Below, piece after piece: positions 42,510 to 52,222 of a stretch of DNA of 58,419 bases. The notes under the pieces were generated by a model. That model saw only the letters and a list, made by a program, of their open reading frames with translations, searched no databases and was not told the DNA's origin. This DNA is from a virus. A program made the translations under genes and the position numbers. The stretch is from the IMG/VR virus record IMGVR_UViG_3300045988_147113. One strand, given 5' to 3'. How positions within the stretch are numbered: position 1 is the stretch's first letter; the number at the start of each line of letters is the position of its first letter.

Positions 42510-44440
42510 TCTTTTGGGGCTGCCTCGATCACGATCGCGGACTTCGGCTTGGTCAAAGCGGCCGACATACGAGTCTCAATCAGATACTTGTACTGGTTGT
42601 AATCAATGTCGAAGTCGTTGAACGACGTCACATCGCCGCCACGATCGGTGCCGACGGTAATATCGCGAGGATCGATGATGATAGCCTGAAGAATATTATT
42701 GTTCTTCAGCTTGAAGTTCTCAAGCAGCGGAACCTCAACGATCTTCTGGACACCGAGCTCGAAGGCCAGAGCGGCGTCGGAATCGTACAGACGACGACCC
42801 ATCTGATCACGCTGCACAGCGAAGCTGGCGTGCAGGGTCGGGGAAACATATGCAGTCAAGACGCCCGAACCCATGTAACCGACCTTGGACTGACGAATGC
42901 GGTCAACCAGAGCGGTCTGGGTTTCATCGGCCTTGCCCACGGAATGCATGACGTACAGATCGTCGTCGGAAACGACCGGACGGATGCATTCGGTGTTGAT
43001 GTGATCCTCGGCGGAAACATCACGGCCGTCGCCGATAAGGATTGCACGGGCGACTTCCTCATCGAGCTGAATACGCATCTCACGCATCAGGAAGTTCACC
43101 ACGGAGAACTCGGTGATGTCAAGCACATCATCACGGTCCACCTTCTGCTTCTTGTAGATGGTAGTCGGCGTGGTCTGACGCTTGTACGCCGTAATCATTT
43201 CATCGAACTTGCGATGATTGTTGTTACGATCAAGCGTGTAACCCTTAGCACGAGCCTCATCCGGAGTCAGATCCACATATGCGGACTTGATGCGAGTCCA
43301 CGGAACCTTGTGGACGCCATTCAGAAGGCCGGCGACCCACTCGGTGTCGCGCTTGTACAGATCAGGCTCAGTGCGCTCGGCACGGGCATCCGGGAAGAAC
43401 ACGTTGATGTTCTTGATGCCGTAATCCTGGGCGTGCTGAAGCACGAACTTCTGGAGAGAGCCGGACGGATCGCGCTGAGCAGCTCGGAAGAAGTTCTCCT
43501 GAGCATGGGTGAAATCAGTAGCGCCCTTCACACCTTCAGAATGCATAAAGCTCTGATAATCATCAGAATGCTCAAAAGACGTAGCGCCTTCGGTAGCATT
43601 GTGTTCGAAGATATTCATTTCATCTCCTTCATCCGCCGACTGTTCGACGGTTTGCTGTTTATTGGATTGTTCGCCCTCGGTCTTGGCCGATGTGGTCTTA
43701 CCCTCATTCAGAGCCATACCGACAAGGCCTTCGACAAGCGCCTTCTGCTTATCGTTCAGACTGTCGTAGACCTTCTGAGGATCCTCGTCATCCGATTCAG
43801 AATCGGAATTGTCAGAATCAGTTTCTTTGGATTTTGCGGTTTGTTTGGCAGAACCGTCGGAAACTGGTTCATCCTCTTTCTCGTGCTTCTCCGCATTTGC
43901 ATCTGCGTGAAGCACTTCATTCAGAGAATCTTCAGAGAATACCTCCGAAGGATCTCCAGACTCGTCACCTTGTTCGATCTCGCACAGGAAATTAGCGCTG
44001 ATCGAGGATGGATCCTCAAACGAGTCACCGTCATCAGAATGACGAATCACATTATCAATAGTCGCCTCTGGGTTAGCCCCAGCAAAGACCAACGACACTT
44101 CACGGATCTTACCATGAAGCACATCGGCTCCTTCCTGGACTACCTTATTGGCGGCAATGGACAGCGACATCATATCGCCGTGTTGAATGATGCCACGAGC
44201 AGCCTTACCGGCATCGGTATCGTTCAAATAGCCATATGCATAGACGCCGTCATCACGGTTTTCCAGCAACGCCTTACCGATCACTGAAAGCGGACTGGTA
44301 TGATCATGCTGGAACACCAGAGGAACCACGGTGCCATCCTGATCGGCAAACGCGTTTTTACGAATGACTCGGCCATCGGAGCAAAGAACATCGTTCTTTG
44401 TAGCGTAGCCACTGAAATCACTCTTAAAGCCATCAGCCAT
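42506..44440 (-). CDS. Fused prohead protease (HK97/S78-like) - major capsid protein (HK97 fold)
   Basis: ATG at 44440 follows AAAGGAG. The N-terminal about 140 aa look protease-like (VPLVFQHDH...GKIREVSLVFAGANP). An acidic linker follows. The C-terminal about 380 aa look capsid-like (...RIQLDEEVARAILIGDGR...). Confidence 0.6.
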   Translation of the reverse strand: MADGFKSDFSGYATKNDVLCSDGRVIRKNAFADQDGTVVPLVFQHDHTSPLSVIGKALLENRDDGVYAYGYLNDTDAGKAARGIIQHGDMMSLSIAANKVVQEGADVLHGKIREVSLVFAGANPEATIDNVIRHSDDGDSFEDPSSISANFLCEIEQGDESGDPSEVFSEDSLNEVLHADANAEKHEKEDEPVSDGSAKQTAKSKETDSDNSDSESDDEDPQKVYDSLNDKQKALVEGLVGMALNEGKTTSAKTEGEQSNKQQTVEQSADEGDEMNIFEHNATEGATSFEHSDDYQSFMHSEGVKGATDFTHAQENFFRAAQRDPSGSLQKFVLQHAQDYGIKNINVFFPDARAERTEPDLYKRDTEWVAGLLNGVHKVPWTRIKSAYVDLTPDEARAKGYTLDRNNNHRKFDEMITAYKRQTTPTTIYKKQKVDRDDVLDITEFSVVNFLMREMRIQLDEEVARAILIGDGRDVSAEDHINTECIRPVVSDDDLYVMHSVGKADETQTALVDRIRQSKVGYMGSGVLTAYVSPTLHASFAVQRDQMGRRLYDSDAALAFELGVQKIVEVPLLENFKLKNNNILQAIIIDPRDITVGTDRGGDVTSFNDFDIDYNQYKYLIETRMSAALTKPKSAIVIEAAPKE

Positions 44441-44467
44441 ATGGATCACTCCTTTCTCGAATTAATG

Positions 44468-44977
44468 TTATTTCTTCGTTCTAGACTTTTTCTTCGTCTG
44501 AACAGCTTTGGTCATCGAAGCATCGGAATAGAGTTTATTGATTTCACTATCCAGAGTCTTCGAATAATCAGAACGAGTCTTCTGCGCAAACTCGATATAC
44601 TTCTTCTGAAAATCGGCTTTAGCTCGAGCATTGTCTTCGCGCAATCCTGCGATCTTGCGTTGAATCTGCTTACCGAGCGTCTTCTTTTTTTCAGGAGTGA
44701 GTTGTTTCATCTGCAATTGCAACTGACGAATCTGATTAGACATTTCCACTGAAGCTGAATAAATCTTTTGATTCCGATTACTCTGTTCCTTCTTGAGAAC
44801 CGAGTGACGTTCCTCTCGGATTCGTTTGGTAATATAAGCTTTCGCTTGCTTACCTTCGTCATTCAACGTCTTGCCTTGAGTATCATATCCTTTAAGTTGT
44901 CTAGTCTTCATGTAATATTCATGAGCTTTGACTGGATCATAATACTTTGATGCATAGTGTTCAAACGATTCGGTCAT
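44468..44977 (-). CDS. Coiled-coil basic protein (scaffold-like or minor head protein)
   Basis: 169 aa, K/Q/E-rich, between the portal and capsid genes. Confidence 0.45.
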   Translation of the reverse strand: MTESFEHYASKYYDPVKAHEYYMKTRQLKGYDTQGKTLNDEGKQAKAYITKRIREERHSVLKKEQSNRNQKIYSASVEMSNQIRQLQLQMKQLTPEKKKTLGKQIQRKIAGLREDNARAKADFQKKYIEFAQKTRSDYSKTLDSEINKLYSDASMTKAVQTKKKSRTKK

Positions 44978-46302
44978 TTTAGTTCTTTTTCAAGGTCTGC
45001 AAGATCGGCATCATTCTTATCGAACGCTGCTGTTTCCGCATCGTATCGTTCCTGGGTCATTGGTTCTTCGTCAGAGCCTTCGGACTGACCTTCATCGGTA
45101 AGACCGGACATATCTGATCCGGAATCAGCCTTGTTGAGATTCTTGTTACGAAGTTCATCGGCAGCAGGATCGTCGACTCGAGACATGCCGAGAACGGAAC
45201 GGAATTCGTTCGAGGTCATGATCTCGTTTCTGGTGAACTTATCAGCGAGTTCAGCAATCTGATCGACCGGAGCCAGCTTGAACGGATCTCGGAAGAATTT
45301 AATGGTCTGTCCTTGAGATCGAGCGGTCTTCGTGAGGAACTTGGCGTTCATTGCATCACAGATCGACGAGATGATTGGTTCAATCGTGCGATTGTGATAG
45401 TTCAGCATTTCCTCAGCAGTAGCGGTGCCATTAGCAATGGCTTCCGATACACCCAATTGACCGTACAGTATGGTTGTCAGGTATTTGATATGTTCGAGAA
45501 GATTGTTCTCAACAGATCGATTCAACTGGGTAATACGTTCAGTACCATCGGTATAGGCAATACCATACTTCGAACCAGTGAGCTGCTTTTCAATTTCGGA
45601 ACGACGACGTTCGGCTTCCTTACGGCGAGCATCAGACTTAATCGTATATGGAAGCTGAAGAATCAAATCCAATTTTCCAGAACTGGATTGATCATCAATC
45701 GCATCCGAAAGATTAAGTTTCCGAATCAATCGCTGAAGCGTCGAATTCGGTTCATTCATGACCGAGTATAGCGGGTTCTCGACGATTGCCACCCAGGTCT
45801 TGGGAAGAACAAGTTCTTCTCGTTGACCTGAAATATCGTTATATACCGATACTCGAACATGCTGCGGCATCCAAGCAATAATCCTGCCGACCCTCAGTTC
45901 ATAAATGTCGTATGAACCGGATGAGTTCGGATTATCAGATGTCTTTACCGGAACAGCAGCTGCGACTCCATCATCGAACATGGTGGTTGTCAAATCATGA
46001 ATGAACTGACGACCGGTTTGATCGATATTAGCCGCAACATTGAGGCAATCATCCAAAGGATCCTTGATTTCCTCAATGTATTGGCCTTGAGCATCCAATC
46101 GGCAATGTCGAATTGTCAGTGTCGACACGTCGAGAGCAACCCTATTATACAACGCCGAAACAATAGACCGTTCGTTTCCACCGGTGAAATAAGGCCGATC
46201 GGGATTCAACGAATATGATTGTCCAACGTTTGGAATATACTTTCCTGGAGGAGTCGAAAAAGCATTCCAGAATTTGCTGATTCTTGTTAATGCGGTAGCC
46301 AT
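44974..46302 (-). CDS. Portal protein
   Basis: 442 aa between the TerL and capsid genes. Acidic C-terminus. Confidence 0.6.
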   Translation of the reverse strand: MATALTRISKFWNAFSTPPGKYIPNVGQSYSLNPDRPYFTGGNERSIVSALYNRVALDVSTLTIRHCRLDAQGQYIEEIKDPLDDCLNVAANIDQTGRQFIHDLTTTMFDDGVAAAVPVKTSDNPNSSGSYDIYELRVGRIIAWMPQHVRVSVYNDISGQREELVLPKTWVAIVENPLYSVMNEPNSTLQRLIRKLNLSDAIDDQSSSGKLDLILQLPYTIKSDARRKEAERRRSEIEKQLTGSKYGIAYTDGTERITQLNRSVENNLLEHIKYLTTILYGQLGVSEAIANGTATAEEMLNYHNRTIEPIISSICDAMNAKFLTKTARSQGQTIKFFRDPFKLAPVDQIAELADKFTRNEIMTSNEFRSVLGMSRVDDPAADELRNKNLNKADSGSDMSGLTDEGQSEGSDEEPMTQERYDAETAAFDKNDADLADLEKELK

Positions 46303-46303
46303 G

Positions 46304-46603
46304 TCAGTTCATCACCTTCTTTCGAACGGCTTTAGCAACGAACTGGTTGTTCGACGGCTTCTTTCGAACTGCCTTAGCCGCAGGCATATTTGAAACCCAT
46401 GATTCTGGAATTAATTTCTCCAATCCCAGAGCCTTGGCGCGTTGCTTGATCCACGCTTTGGCTTTCTCAGGGTCTTTGGAGCGACCATACGAACTAATGG
46501 CATTCTTCAAATCTTTTTCGTTACGAATTGGAAAGCTTCCATCAGGAAGAGCCTCCCCTTCCTGCGAAAGTTTTTTGCGAAGAGCAGCCTTAAATTCAGC
46601 CAT
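46304..46603 (-). CDS. Hypothetical basic protein
   Basis: 99-aa ORF between TerL and the portal gene. Confidence 0.5.
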   Translation of the reverse strand: MAEFKAALRKKLSQEGEALPDGSFPIRNEKDLKNAISSYGRSKDPEKAKAWIKQRAKALGLEKLIPESWVSNMPAAKAVRKKPSNNQFVAKAVRKKVMN

Positions 46604-46614
46604 GATTCACCTCC

Positions 46615-48381
46615 TTACTCGAATGCATCTCGATTGTTCTTGAATGCTATAAAAGCATCCATCATTGCGGCAACGGCATCGATCTTATCTTCGCGACGAG
46701 CCTTGTATAGCTTTCGATTACCGTTGGTATCTTCCAATGTCATACAATTTGCCATGGTGAATGACATCAATGATTCATCAAACAGCAAACGACGATCTTC
46801 AGCGAGTTTCTTCAATTCACCAAGCGGAACGGATTCCGTCTTGGCTCCTTGAATAACTTTCTCAATAGCGAAAGCACCGTTGTCTTGAGTCCATCGTTCA
46901 ACGAATCGTTTGGCATTGTACGGATCATAACCGAATGCGCGAACATCATACTGGCAATCAATGATGTGTTGATCGAGATCATCGTACACCAGATCCATGT
47001 CAAGAGTGGTCCCCTCCATGATATGCAAAGAACCTTCTCGAATGAATTCCTCATACTTCTGACGAGCGGCTGTAGGAAGTTTTGTCAAGGTATACTCAGA
47101 AATATAATTTCGAGTCTTGATTCCGAACACTTCACCACGCAGCGGGAACATGAAGGTGAACGAACAGAAATCATCGCCTTGTGAAAGATCGGCACCGAGT
47201 GCGCATGGTAATCCCCAGAAGTCCTTCTTGGTGTGTGGCTTTGTTTCCTCATACGTAAAGAAGTAGGTGTAGCCTTCCATAGGGATACCGAAACGTTTAG
47301 CCAAAATATCATTACGATTGGCCGGTGCTTTCTCAGCACGTTCGACATCGTTCTGTAGCGTTTCATACGTTACGGTGATGCCAATGTTCGGATTTGATTT
47401 CATCCAAGTTGAAGGATCGGCGACCTCTTTGACATCATCCTGTCGATAGTAAAATATCGAGGTGTGAAAGTCCTGATACTCGCCTTTCAGAATACTCATA
47501 AGCTCAAGCTTGATGGTATCACCGACCGAATTACGGACGGTGCCTTCAGACGACGTCGCCACGATCAGCCAATCGGAACCGCCTCTATCGGATTGTTCTT
47601 TAGAAGCGCCTTGGGCCAATGCACCGACGACATCTTCGCGAGTATCGCCAGAAAGCCACTCGTCAACAGTAGCGATCTTAGGTCGAGCGCCCTGAAGTTT
47701 ATCGATGGACATCGGACGAACTTCGACAAGACTGTTCGTCGGAAAATATTGAATACCAGCCTTTGTCGATGCCAGCATAACCTGATTGCCAGTGACACCG
47801 CCACTTCGTCCTGGGAGTTTTCCCTGTGTCATCATCTTGATCGCCGGTCCTGGAGCTCGCTGAATAGCGGTGCGAATCGGCGACATAATCTCATCGGCAA
47901 GCTTCATGGTCGGTGCCACGACAATTCCGGTGGTGGTATTCGGATCGCACAGTAGCATGTATGCCTGCAAGCATGTCGCATACAATGACTTGGCATTACC
48001 ACGGGAAACGATCAAATACTGTCGATTGATCAAACGCTTTTTGATGCGTTTGTTGACGTAATGGCCTCCAGGACGATCAGCATTCGGAATATAGACTGAT
48101 CGGTCCACAAAATAATACCATCCGAAGATCTGCTCGCCCCATAGCTTGAACGAATCAAGCAAATGAAGTGGAGAGCCATCGGTCAACACAAGTTCGTGCT
48201 CGCAGAAATTCACCCAATGCTCGACAGCGGTATCATCATAGTAAATGCCAGGATTTGCGATCATGGCATCTATACGATTCATCTCCATCGAAATTTCACG
48301 ACATACCGGGATTTCACCCGATATCACTTTCTGACGAAACTTACCATAGTATCGCGGAGTCGCAGTGTTTGACAGTGTCAT
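46615..48381 (-). CDS. terL: Terminase large subunit
   Basis: 588 aa. It has a Walker A-like VSRGNAKS and a C-terminal nuclease region with FGYDPYNAKRF, typical of Terminase_1-type TerL. Confidence 0.8.
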   Translation of the reverse strand: MTLSNTATPRYYGKFRQKVISGEIPVCREISMEMNRIDAMIANPGIYYDDTAVEHWVNFCEHELVLTDGSPLHLLDSFKLWGEQIFGWYYFVDRSVYIPNADRPGGHYVNKRIKKRLINRQYLIVSRGNAKSLYATCLQAYMLLCDPNTTTGIVVAPTMKLADEIMSPIRTAIQRAPGPAIKMMTQGKLPGRSGGVTGNQVMLASTKAGIQYFPTNSLVEVRPMSIDKLQGARPKIATVDEWLSGDTREDVVGALAQGASKEQSDRGGSDWLIVATSSEGTVRNSVGDTIKLELMSILKGEYQDFHTSIFYYRQDDVKEVADPSTWMKSNPNIGITVTYETLQNDVERAEKAPANRNDILAKRFGIPMEGYTYFFTYEETKPHTKKDFWGLPCALGADLSQGDDFCSFTFMFPLRGEVFGIKTRNYISEYTLTKLPTAARQKYEEFIREGSLHIMEGTTLDMDLVYDDLDQHIIDCQYDVRAFGYDPYNAKRFVERWTQDNGAFAIEKVIQGAKTESVPLGELKKLAEDRRLLFDESLMSFTMANCMTLEDTNGNRKLYKARREDKIDAVAAMMDAFIAFKNNRDAFE

Positions 48382-48384
48382 ACG

Positions 48385-48927
48385 CTACTTCTTTTTCTTT
48401 TTCGGCTTCGCATGTCGTGGAGTAGAAGGCGCGATCTTGCTTTCAGCATATCCTTTGAGAGCCGTCTTAAGATAATCTTTGGCGATTTCTTTGCCTGCAT
48501 CGATGGCCATGGATTTTCCGGTATCCAACATGAAATGAATGAATTTCTGGCCTTTGGATCGTGATGCCTCTTTCTGCTGAGCCGTCAATCGGTTATAATT
48601 GGCTATGGCATTGGTTCGATTCACCCAATCGTTAATCTCTTGAGTGGACATATCCTGAACCTTCATGCGAGAAAGACGCTGGTATTTCTCATGGTCGGAT
48701 TCTTTGCGAACTGCCTTGGAACTTTCAGATGAATCTTTCCTAGGCGCCTGAGATCCTTCAGTTGAGTCCTTACCGGAATTCTTGTCGGAATCGCCTTCCC
48801 AATCTTTCTTGCCGCGAGCGGCTTGAAGTTCTTTGGTCGAACGTCGACGTCCCCATTTCATACCGAGGATGCCGAAATGTTCAAAACATTGCTCGACTGG
48901 ATCAATGGCTTCAATGTCGTTATCCAT
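48385..48927 (-). CDS. Hypothetical protein (GILGMKWGRRR motif)
   Basis: ATG at 48927 follows GAAGGAG. It has a low-complexity Ser/Lys-rich centre. Confidence 0.5.
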   Translation of the reverse strand: MDNDIEAIDPVEQCFEHFGILGMKWGRRRSTKELQAARGKKDWEGDSDKNSGKDSTEGSQAPRKDSSESSKAVRKESDHEKYQRLSRMKVQDMSTQEINDWVNRTNAIANYNRLTAQQKEASRSKGQKFIHFMLDTGKSMAIDAGKEIAKDYLKTALKGYAESKIAPSTPRHAKPKKKKK

Positions 48928-49279
48928 CAAATGCTCCTTCCGCGTTGACATTCAATCGCCATTCAAGCTCTTGAATCTGTTTTTCCATAGATTGCACGAG
49001 GAATGAATTGGACGGAGGATCAAACAGCAATCGTGTCTTGAGATAGATATAGGTTTTAATTCCATTGAGTTGTGATACGTCACTGGTAAGATTATGCCAA
49101 ACCTCGCTCTCGGAAGTGATCTGAAATCCGTCCGAAGGTCCGATTCCTATCTGATGCAAAGTCATCAATGCCGAATTGATATCAATGATAATTTCCGGAT
49201 CAAAACCATTAAACGTTTCATCGATGCCGAGCATCTGCTTGATGGTGTTCAGGATCGAAGACTGCAATAGCGTACCCAT
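48920..49279 (-). CDS. Hypothetical protein
   Basis: 119-aa ORF. Confidence 0.55.
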   Translation of the reverse strand: MGTLLQSSILNTIKQMLGIDETFNGFDPEIIIDINSALMTLHQIGIGPSDGFQITSESEVWHNLTSDVSQLNGIKTYIYLKTRLLFDPPSNSFLVQSMEKQIQELEWRLNVNAEGAFDG

Positions 49280-49285
49280 TGATCC

Positions 49286-49858
49286 TCATTTCACTCTGAC
49301 GGTAACATCTTGTTCGAGATGTTCGTCATTGACATCATAACTAAAATACAACGTGTATACGTTGTTGGCGATCATCGGTTGGATCTTTGCTTTCAACACC
49401 GTATAATCGCTTCGAATCGCTTGCACTTCGCAATCGCCCGAAGCCTCAATAGTATCACCATTCGTGAGAGACCACAGTGCATTGGTGACCTCAAACGGAT
49501 GATGATCGGTACTGTTGATGGCGATGGATACCCTACGATCTTCTCCGCATAAAAACGTTTCCGATTCAAGCATACGATGACTCCTTCCGGCATCGGCGAA
49601 CGGCAGGCCGTCTCGCATCAAACGTATGACATACGGATACAAGACAAGCCGGCACTTGGTTTTAGCGTTGCCGATATACTGGATTTTCACGAATCCATCG
49701 AAATGGCCTCTGGCTCCTCGATCGTTCTCGGCCCACAACTCCATATGCAGCAGATTCGGGGACCAATCGCAATACCCATACCAGTAATCCGGCTTGTCTT
49801 TTAGGGGTCGCAACGGTATTTCGACACCGTCGACTTCTCCCCATACCCGTATGATCAT
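49286..49858 (-). CDS. Hypothetical protein
   Basis: 190-aa ORF. Confidence 0.55.
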   Translation of the reverse strand: MIIRVWGEVDGVEIPLRPLKDKPDYWYGYCDWSPNLLHMELWAENDRGARGHFDGFVKIQYIGNAKTKCRLVLYPYVIRLMRDGLPFADAGRSHRMLESETFLCGEDRRVSIAINSTDHHPFEVTNALWSLTNGDTIEASGDCEVQAIRSDYTVLKAKIQPMIANNVYTLYFSYDVNDEHLEQDVTVRVK

Positions 49859-49870
49859 GATGTGATCCTA

Positions 49871-50833
49871 TCAGACGTTGGCGACGGGGTCGGTCACCTT
49901 GAAGGTGAAGACGATTTGACCGCCGGCATCGACGGTGGTAGCGGACGCCTTGATATCGGTAATCACCGGCTTGGTGGTATCGATCGTGACGTTGCGCACA
50001 ACCTGCGTGGTCTTGCCGAGCGAATCGGTGGCGATGATCGTGATCGTGTGACGACCATCAGTGGCGAGAGTGATCGCCTTGCTGAACGACCCATTGGCAC
50101 CGAGAGTGACGGGTTCAGCAGTACCGCTGTCGACCTTGATAACGACCTTGGAGATGGTGACGCCAGCGACCGCTGTAGTAGCAGCGCCTGCAACGGTGAT
50201 GGTCTTGGAGTTGGTAAGCAGATTGTCCGCCGGAGAGGTGATGTTAAGGGCCGGAGCCGCGGTCGAAATGGTGAAGTTCGACGTAAGGACAGTGCCAGCA
50301 TTGCCATCGTTATCGGCGAATTCGAAAGTGACCTTATTGGCGCCATCGGAAAGGTTCTTCGCCGTGTACTTGACAAGGGTCTTGCCAGCATCGGCGCCGG
50401 AACCGGCTTCAATAGTGTAACCATCGGCTTCGCCAGCCTTCAACGGAATGACGGTGTTATTCACCTTCAGCTTGAAGCTGGCGTTGTTCAAACCGGATCC
50501 GCCATTATCAGACACAGCGATGACCACGTTCTGAGTGTCGGTACCGAGCACAGAACCATTAGACGGGGTACGAATCTGACCCTCAGGCTTGGTCTTCTCG
50601 AGAACGCGAATCTTCAGTTGGGCGCCATACGTGGGATCATTGGAATTAACAGTCGCAGAGTTTCCAGCCTGATCTTGAGCAAAGACTTCGGCCTTGTATA
50701 CATGATCGGGCTGACCATACGAAGACGTGGCAGGTGCCGTCGCAGTGGCTGTCCACAACTGAGTATCAACATTATAAGTCGCCACAAGTTCCTGACCGTT
50801 GAACCGTACGACTGCTTTCTTGATATTGGACAT
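49871..50833 (-). CDS. Ig-like repeat protein
   Basis: 320 aa of Thr/Val/Ala-rich beta-strand repeats (...TITIIATDSLGKTTQVVRNVTIDTTKPVITDIKASATTVDAGGQIVFTFKVTD). Confidence 0.6.
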   Translation of the reverse strand: MSNIKKAVVRFNGQELVATYNVDTQLWTATATAPATSSYGQPDHVYKAEVFAQDQAGNSATVNSNDPTYGAQLKIRVLEKTKPEGQIRTPSNGSVLGTDTQNVVIAVSDNGGSGLNNASFKLKVNNTVIPLKAGEADGYTIEAGSGADAGKTLVKYTAKNLSDGANKVTFEFADNDGNAGTVLTSNFTISTAAPALNITSPADNLLTNSKTITVAGAATTAVAGVTISKVVIKVDSGTAEPVTLGANGSFSKAITLATDGRHTITIIATDSLGKTTQVVRNVTIDTTKPVITDIKASATTVDAGGQIVFTFKVTDPVANV

Positions 50834-50844
50834 TTTTTTTCTTT

Positions 50845-51006
50845 CTAGTAAATCGGTAAACCGAAATTGATCTTCGAACCATGGTCATCATAAATGTTGA
50901 CGTAGTTCGAATCCTTAAGACCATCATCGACGATCTTAAAACTGAATATGATCTGTTGCCCTGATTCCACGGTGTGGGGTGAGGATTCGACATCTATGAT
51001 TTCCAT
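50845..51006 (-). CDS. 53-aa Ig-like fragment protein (absent from the ORF track)
   Basis: MEIIDVESSPHTVESGQQIIFSFKIVDDGLKDSNYVNIYDDHGSKINFGLPIY resembles the C-terminal repeat of the downstream 320-aa protein. Confidence 0.4.
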   Translation of the reverse strand: MEIIDVESSPHTVESGQQIIFSFKIVDDGLKDSNYVNIYDDHGSKINFGLPIY

Positions 51007-51021
51007 TGATAGACGCCTATC

Positions 51022-51249
51022 CTATGCGTGTGGCAATATTTGGCAACTTTCAGCAACGATACGATCGCCATCTTTTGTATCGAGACAGATCCAAGAAATG
51101 TCGCCGGTTTTAACCGTTCGCACTTCCTGTTGCTGATCCCTGATGACAATCATGAAACTGCACACGATGCCTAGAAGAATCGCTGAGATCAATGCCGACA
51201 TTATCGCCGAAACAAATGCTATGATCTCAAATGTGGTATGTTTGTTCAT
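51022..51249 (-). CDS. Small membrane protein
   Basis: ATG at 51249 follows GGAGGTG. The TM segment is IIAFVSAIMSALISAILLGIVCSFMIVI. Confidence 0.55.
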   Translation of the reverse strand: MNKHTTFEIIAFVSAIMSALISAILLGIVCSFMIVIRDQQQEVRTVKTGDISWICLDTKDGDRIVAESCQILPHA

Positions 51250-51251
51250 GT

Positions 51252-51668
51252 TCACCTCCATGGTATCATATCGTTCGGAAAACGTTCATTCATGATCCGA
51301 AGTTGGCCTTTGTCGCCGTAGTGAATGGCATTATGGGTTGCCAGAGAACACGAGATAAGAAACTCTGGATCAAGCATGTTGCGATCTGCATGTTCGATCT
51401 GATCGGGAGTCAATGGATTCATGTGATGAATCATGATCTTTCCTGGTATCGGGAAATCCCGATGACCTAGATCAAAGCCATTGTCTCGAGCGATGACATA
51501 ATCTCGAACATCATACCATTCTTTCGAATGATAGAATCTCTGATTCATCCATCGTTCGTTACCGAATGTCGGACGAGCGACTGTTCCATTCAGAGCCAGA
51601 TACTCGAAACGTTCTTCATACGATTCGATACACATGAGTTCTGAATAAGTTCGAACAATGCCATTCAT
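51252..51668 (-). CDS. HNH endonuclease (packaging-associated type)
   Basis: 138 aa with IHHMNP...HNAIH HNH motifs. It lies in the packaging module. Confidence 0.7.
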   Translation of the reverse strand: MNGIVRTYSELMCIESYEERFEYLALNGTVARPTFGNERWMNQRFYHSKEWYDVRDYVIARDNGFDLGHRDFPIPGKIMIHHMNPLTPDQIEHADRNMLDPEFLISCSLATHNAIHYGDKGQLRIMNERFPNDMIPWR

Positions 51669-52222
51669 GATCGAGCCTCGGTGACACCTATCTGGTTCTG
51701 GTAGTGGGAACCAAGTTCGACCGAACCATACATCCGATCAACTGTGGTATTGAGACGAATAAAGCACAACTGACCGATGAGCATTCCAGGCTTTAATAGA
51801 ATCGGGAATTGATTCTCGTTTTTGATTTCCAAGGTTATGGTTCCTTGAAAACCAGGATCGATGAACCCAGCCGTGACATGTGTCATCAGACCGATACGTC
51901 CCAACGACGATTTTCCTTCGAAATGACACGCCAGGTAATCTGGGATCGATACTGATTCGACGGTCGATCCGAGAACGAATTCGCCAGGGCGAAGAATATA
52001 TTCCATGTTGGCGACGTTGAGGGTATCCATCGATACGCCACGTAATTCTTTCGATAAACCGTTAATCAGATGCATCGCTGAATCGTTAGTCTTCACGAAT
52101 CGCTTGATTCGCGAATCGAGTCGAACATCATAACTGCACGGCTGCAATTGATCTTCATCGAATGGATCGATCAAACCGCGAATTGTGGCAAGGCCTCGAA
52201 TGGTTCTATCCGATAAAATCAT
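51665..52222 (-). CDS. dcd: dCTP deaminase (Dcd/dUTPase superfamily)
   Basis: MILSDRTI..., QPCSYDVRL and GKSSLGRIGLMTHVTAGFIDPGFQGTITLEIKN...GMLIGQLCF match Dcd signatures. Confidence 0.8.
   Translation of the reverse strand: MILSDRTIRGLATIRGLIDPFDEDQLQPCSYDVRLDSRIKRFVKTNDSAMHLINGLSKELRGVSMDTLNVANMEYILRPGEFVLGSTVESVSIPDYLACHFEGKSSLGRIGLMTHVTAGFIDPGFQGTITLEIKNENQFPILLKPGMLIGQLCFIRLNTTVDRMYGSVELGSHYQNQIGVTEARS

Noticed and set aside
42830-44287. A 485-aa plus-strand ORF. Similar long plus ORFs lie at 39447..40376, 49862..50848, 14193..14909 and 14913..15587.
   Set aside because: Each is antisense to a minus-strand gene with clear family motifs (capsid, lysin, Ig-like protein, membrane proteins). 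None has start-site signals, and all have an odd Arg/Leu/Ile-rich composition.
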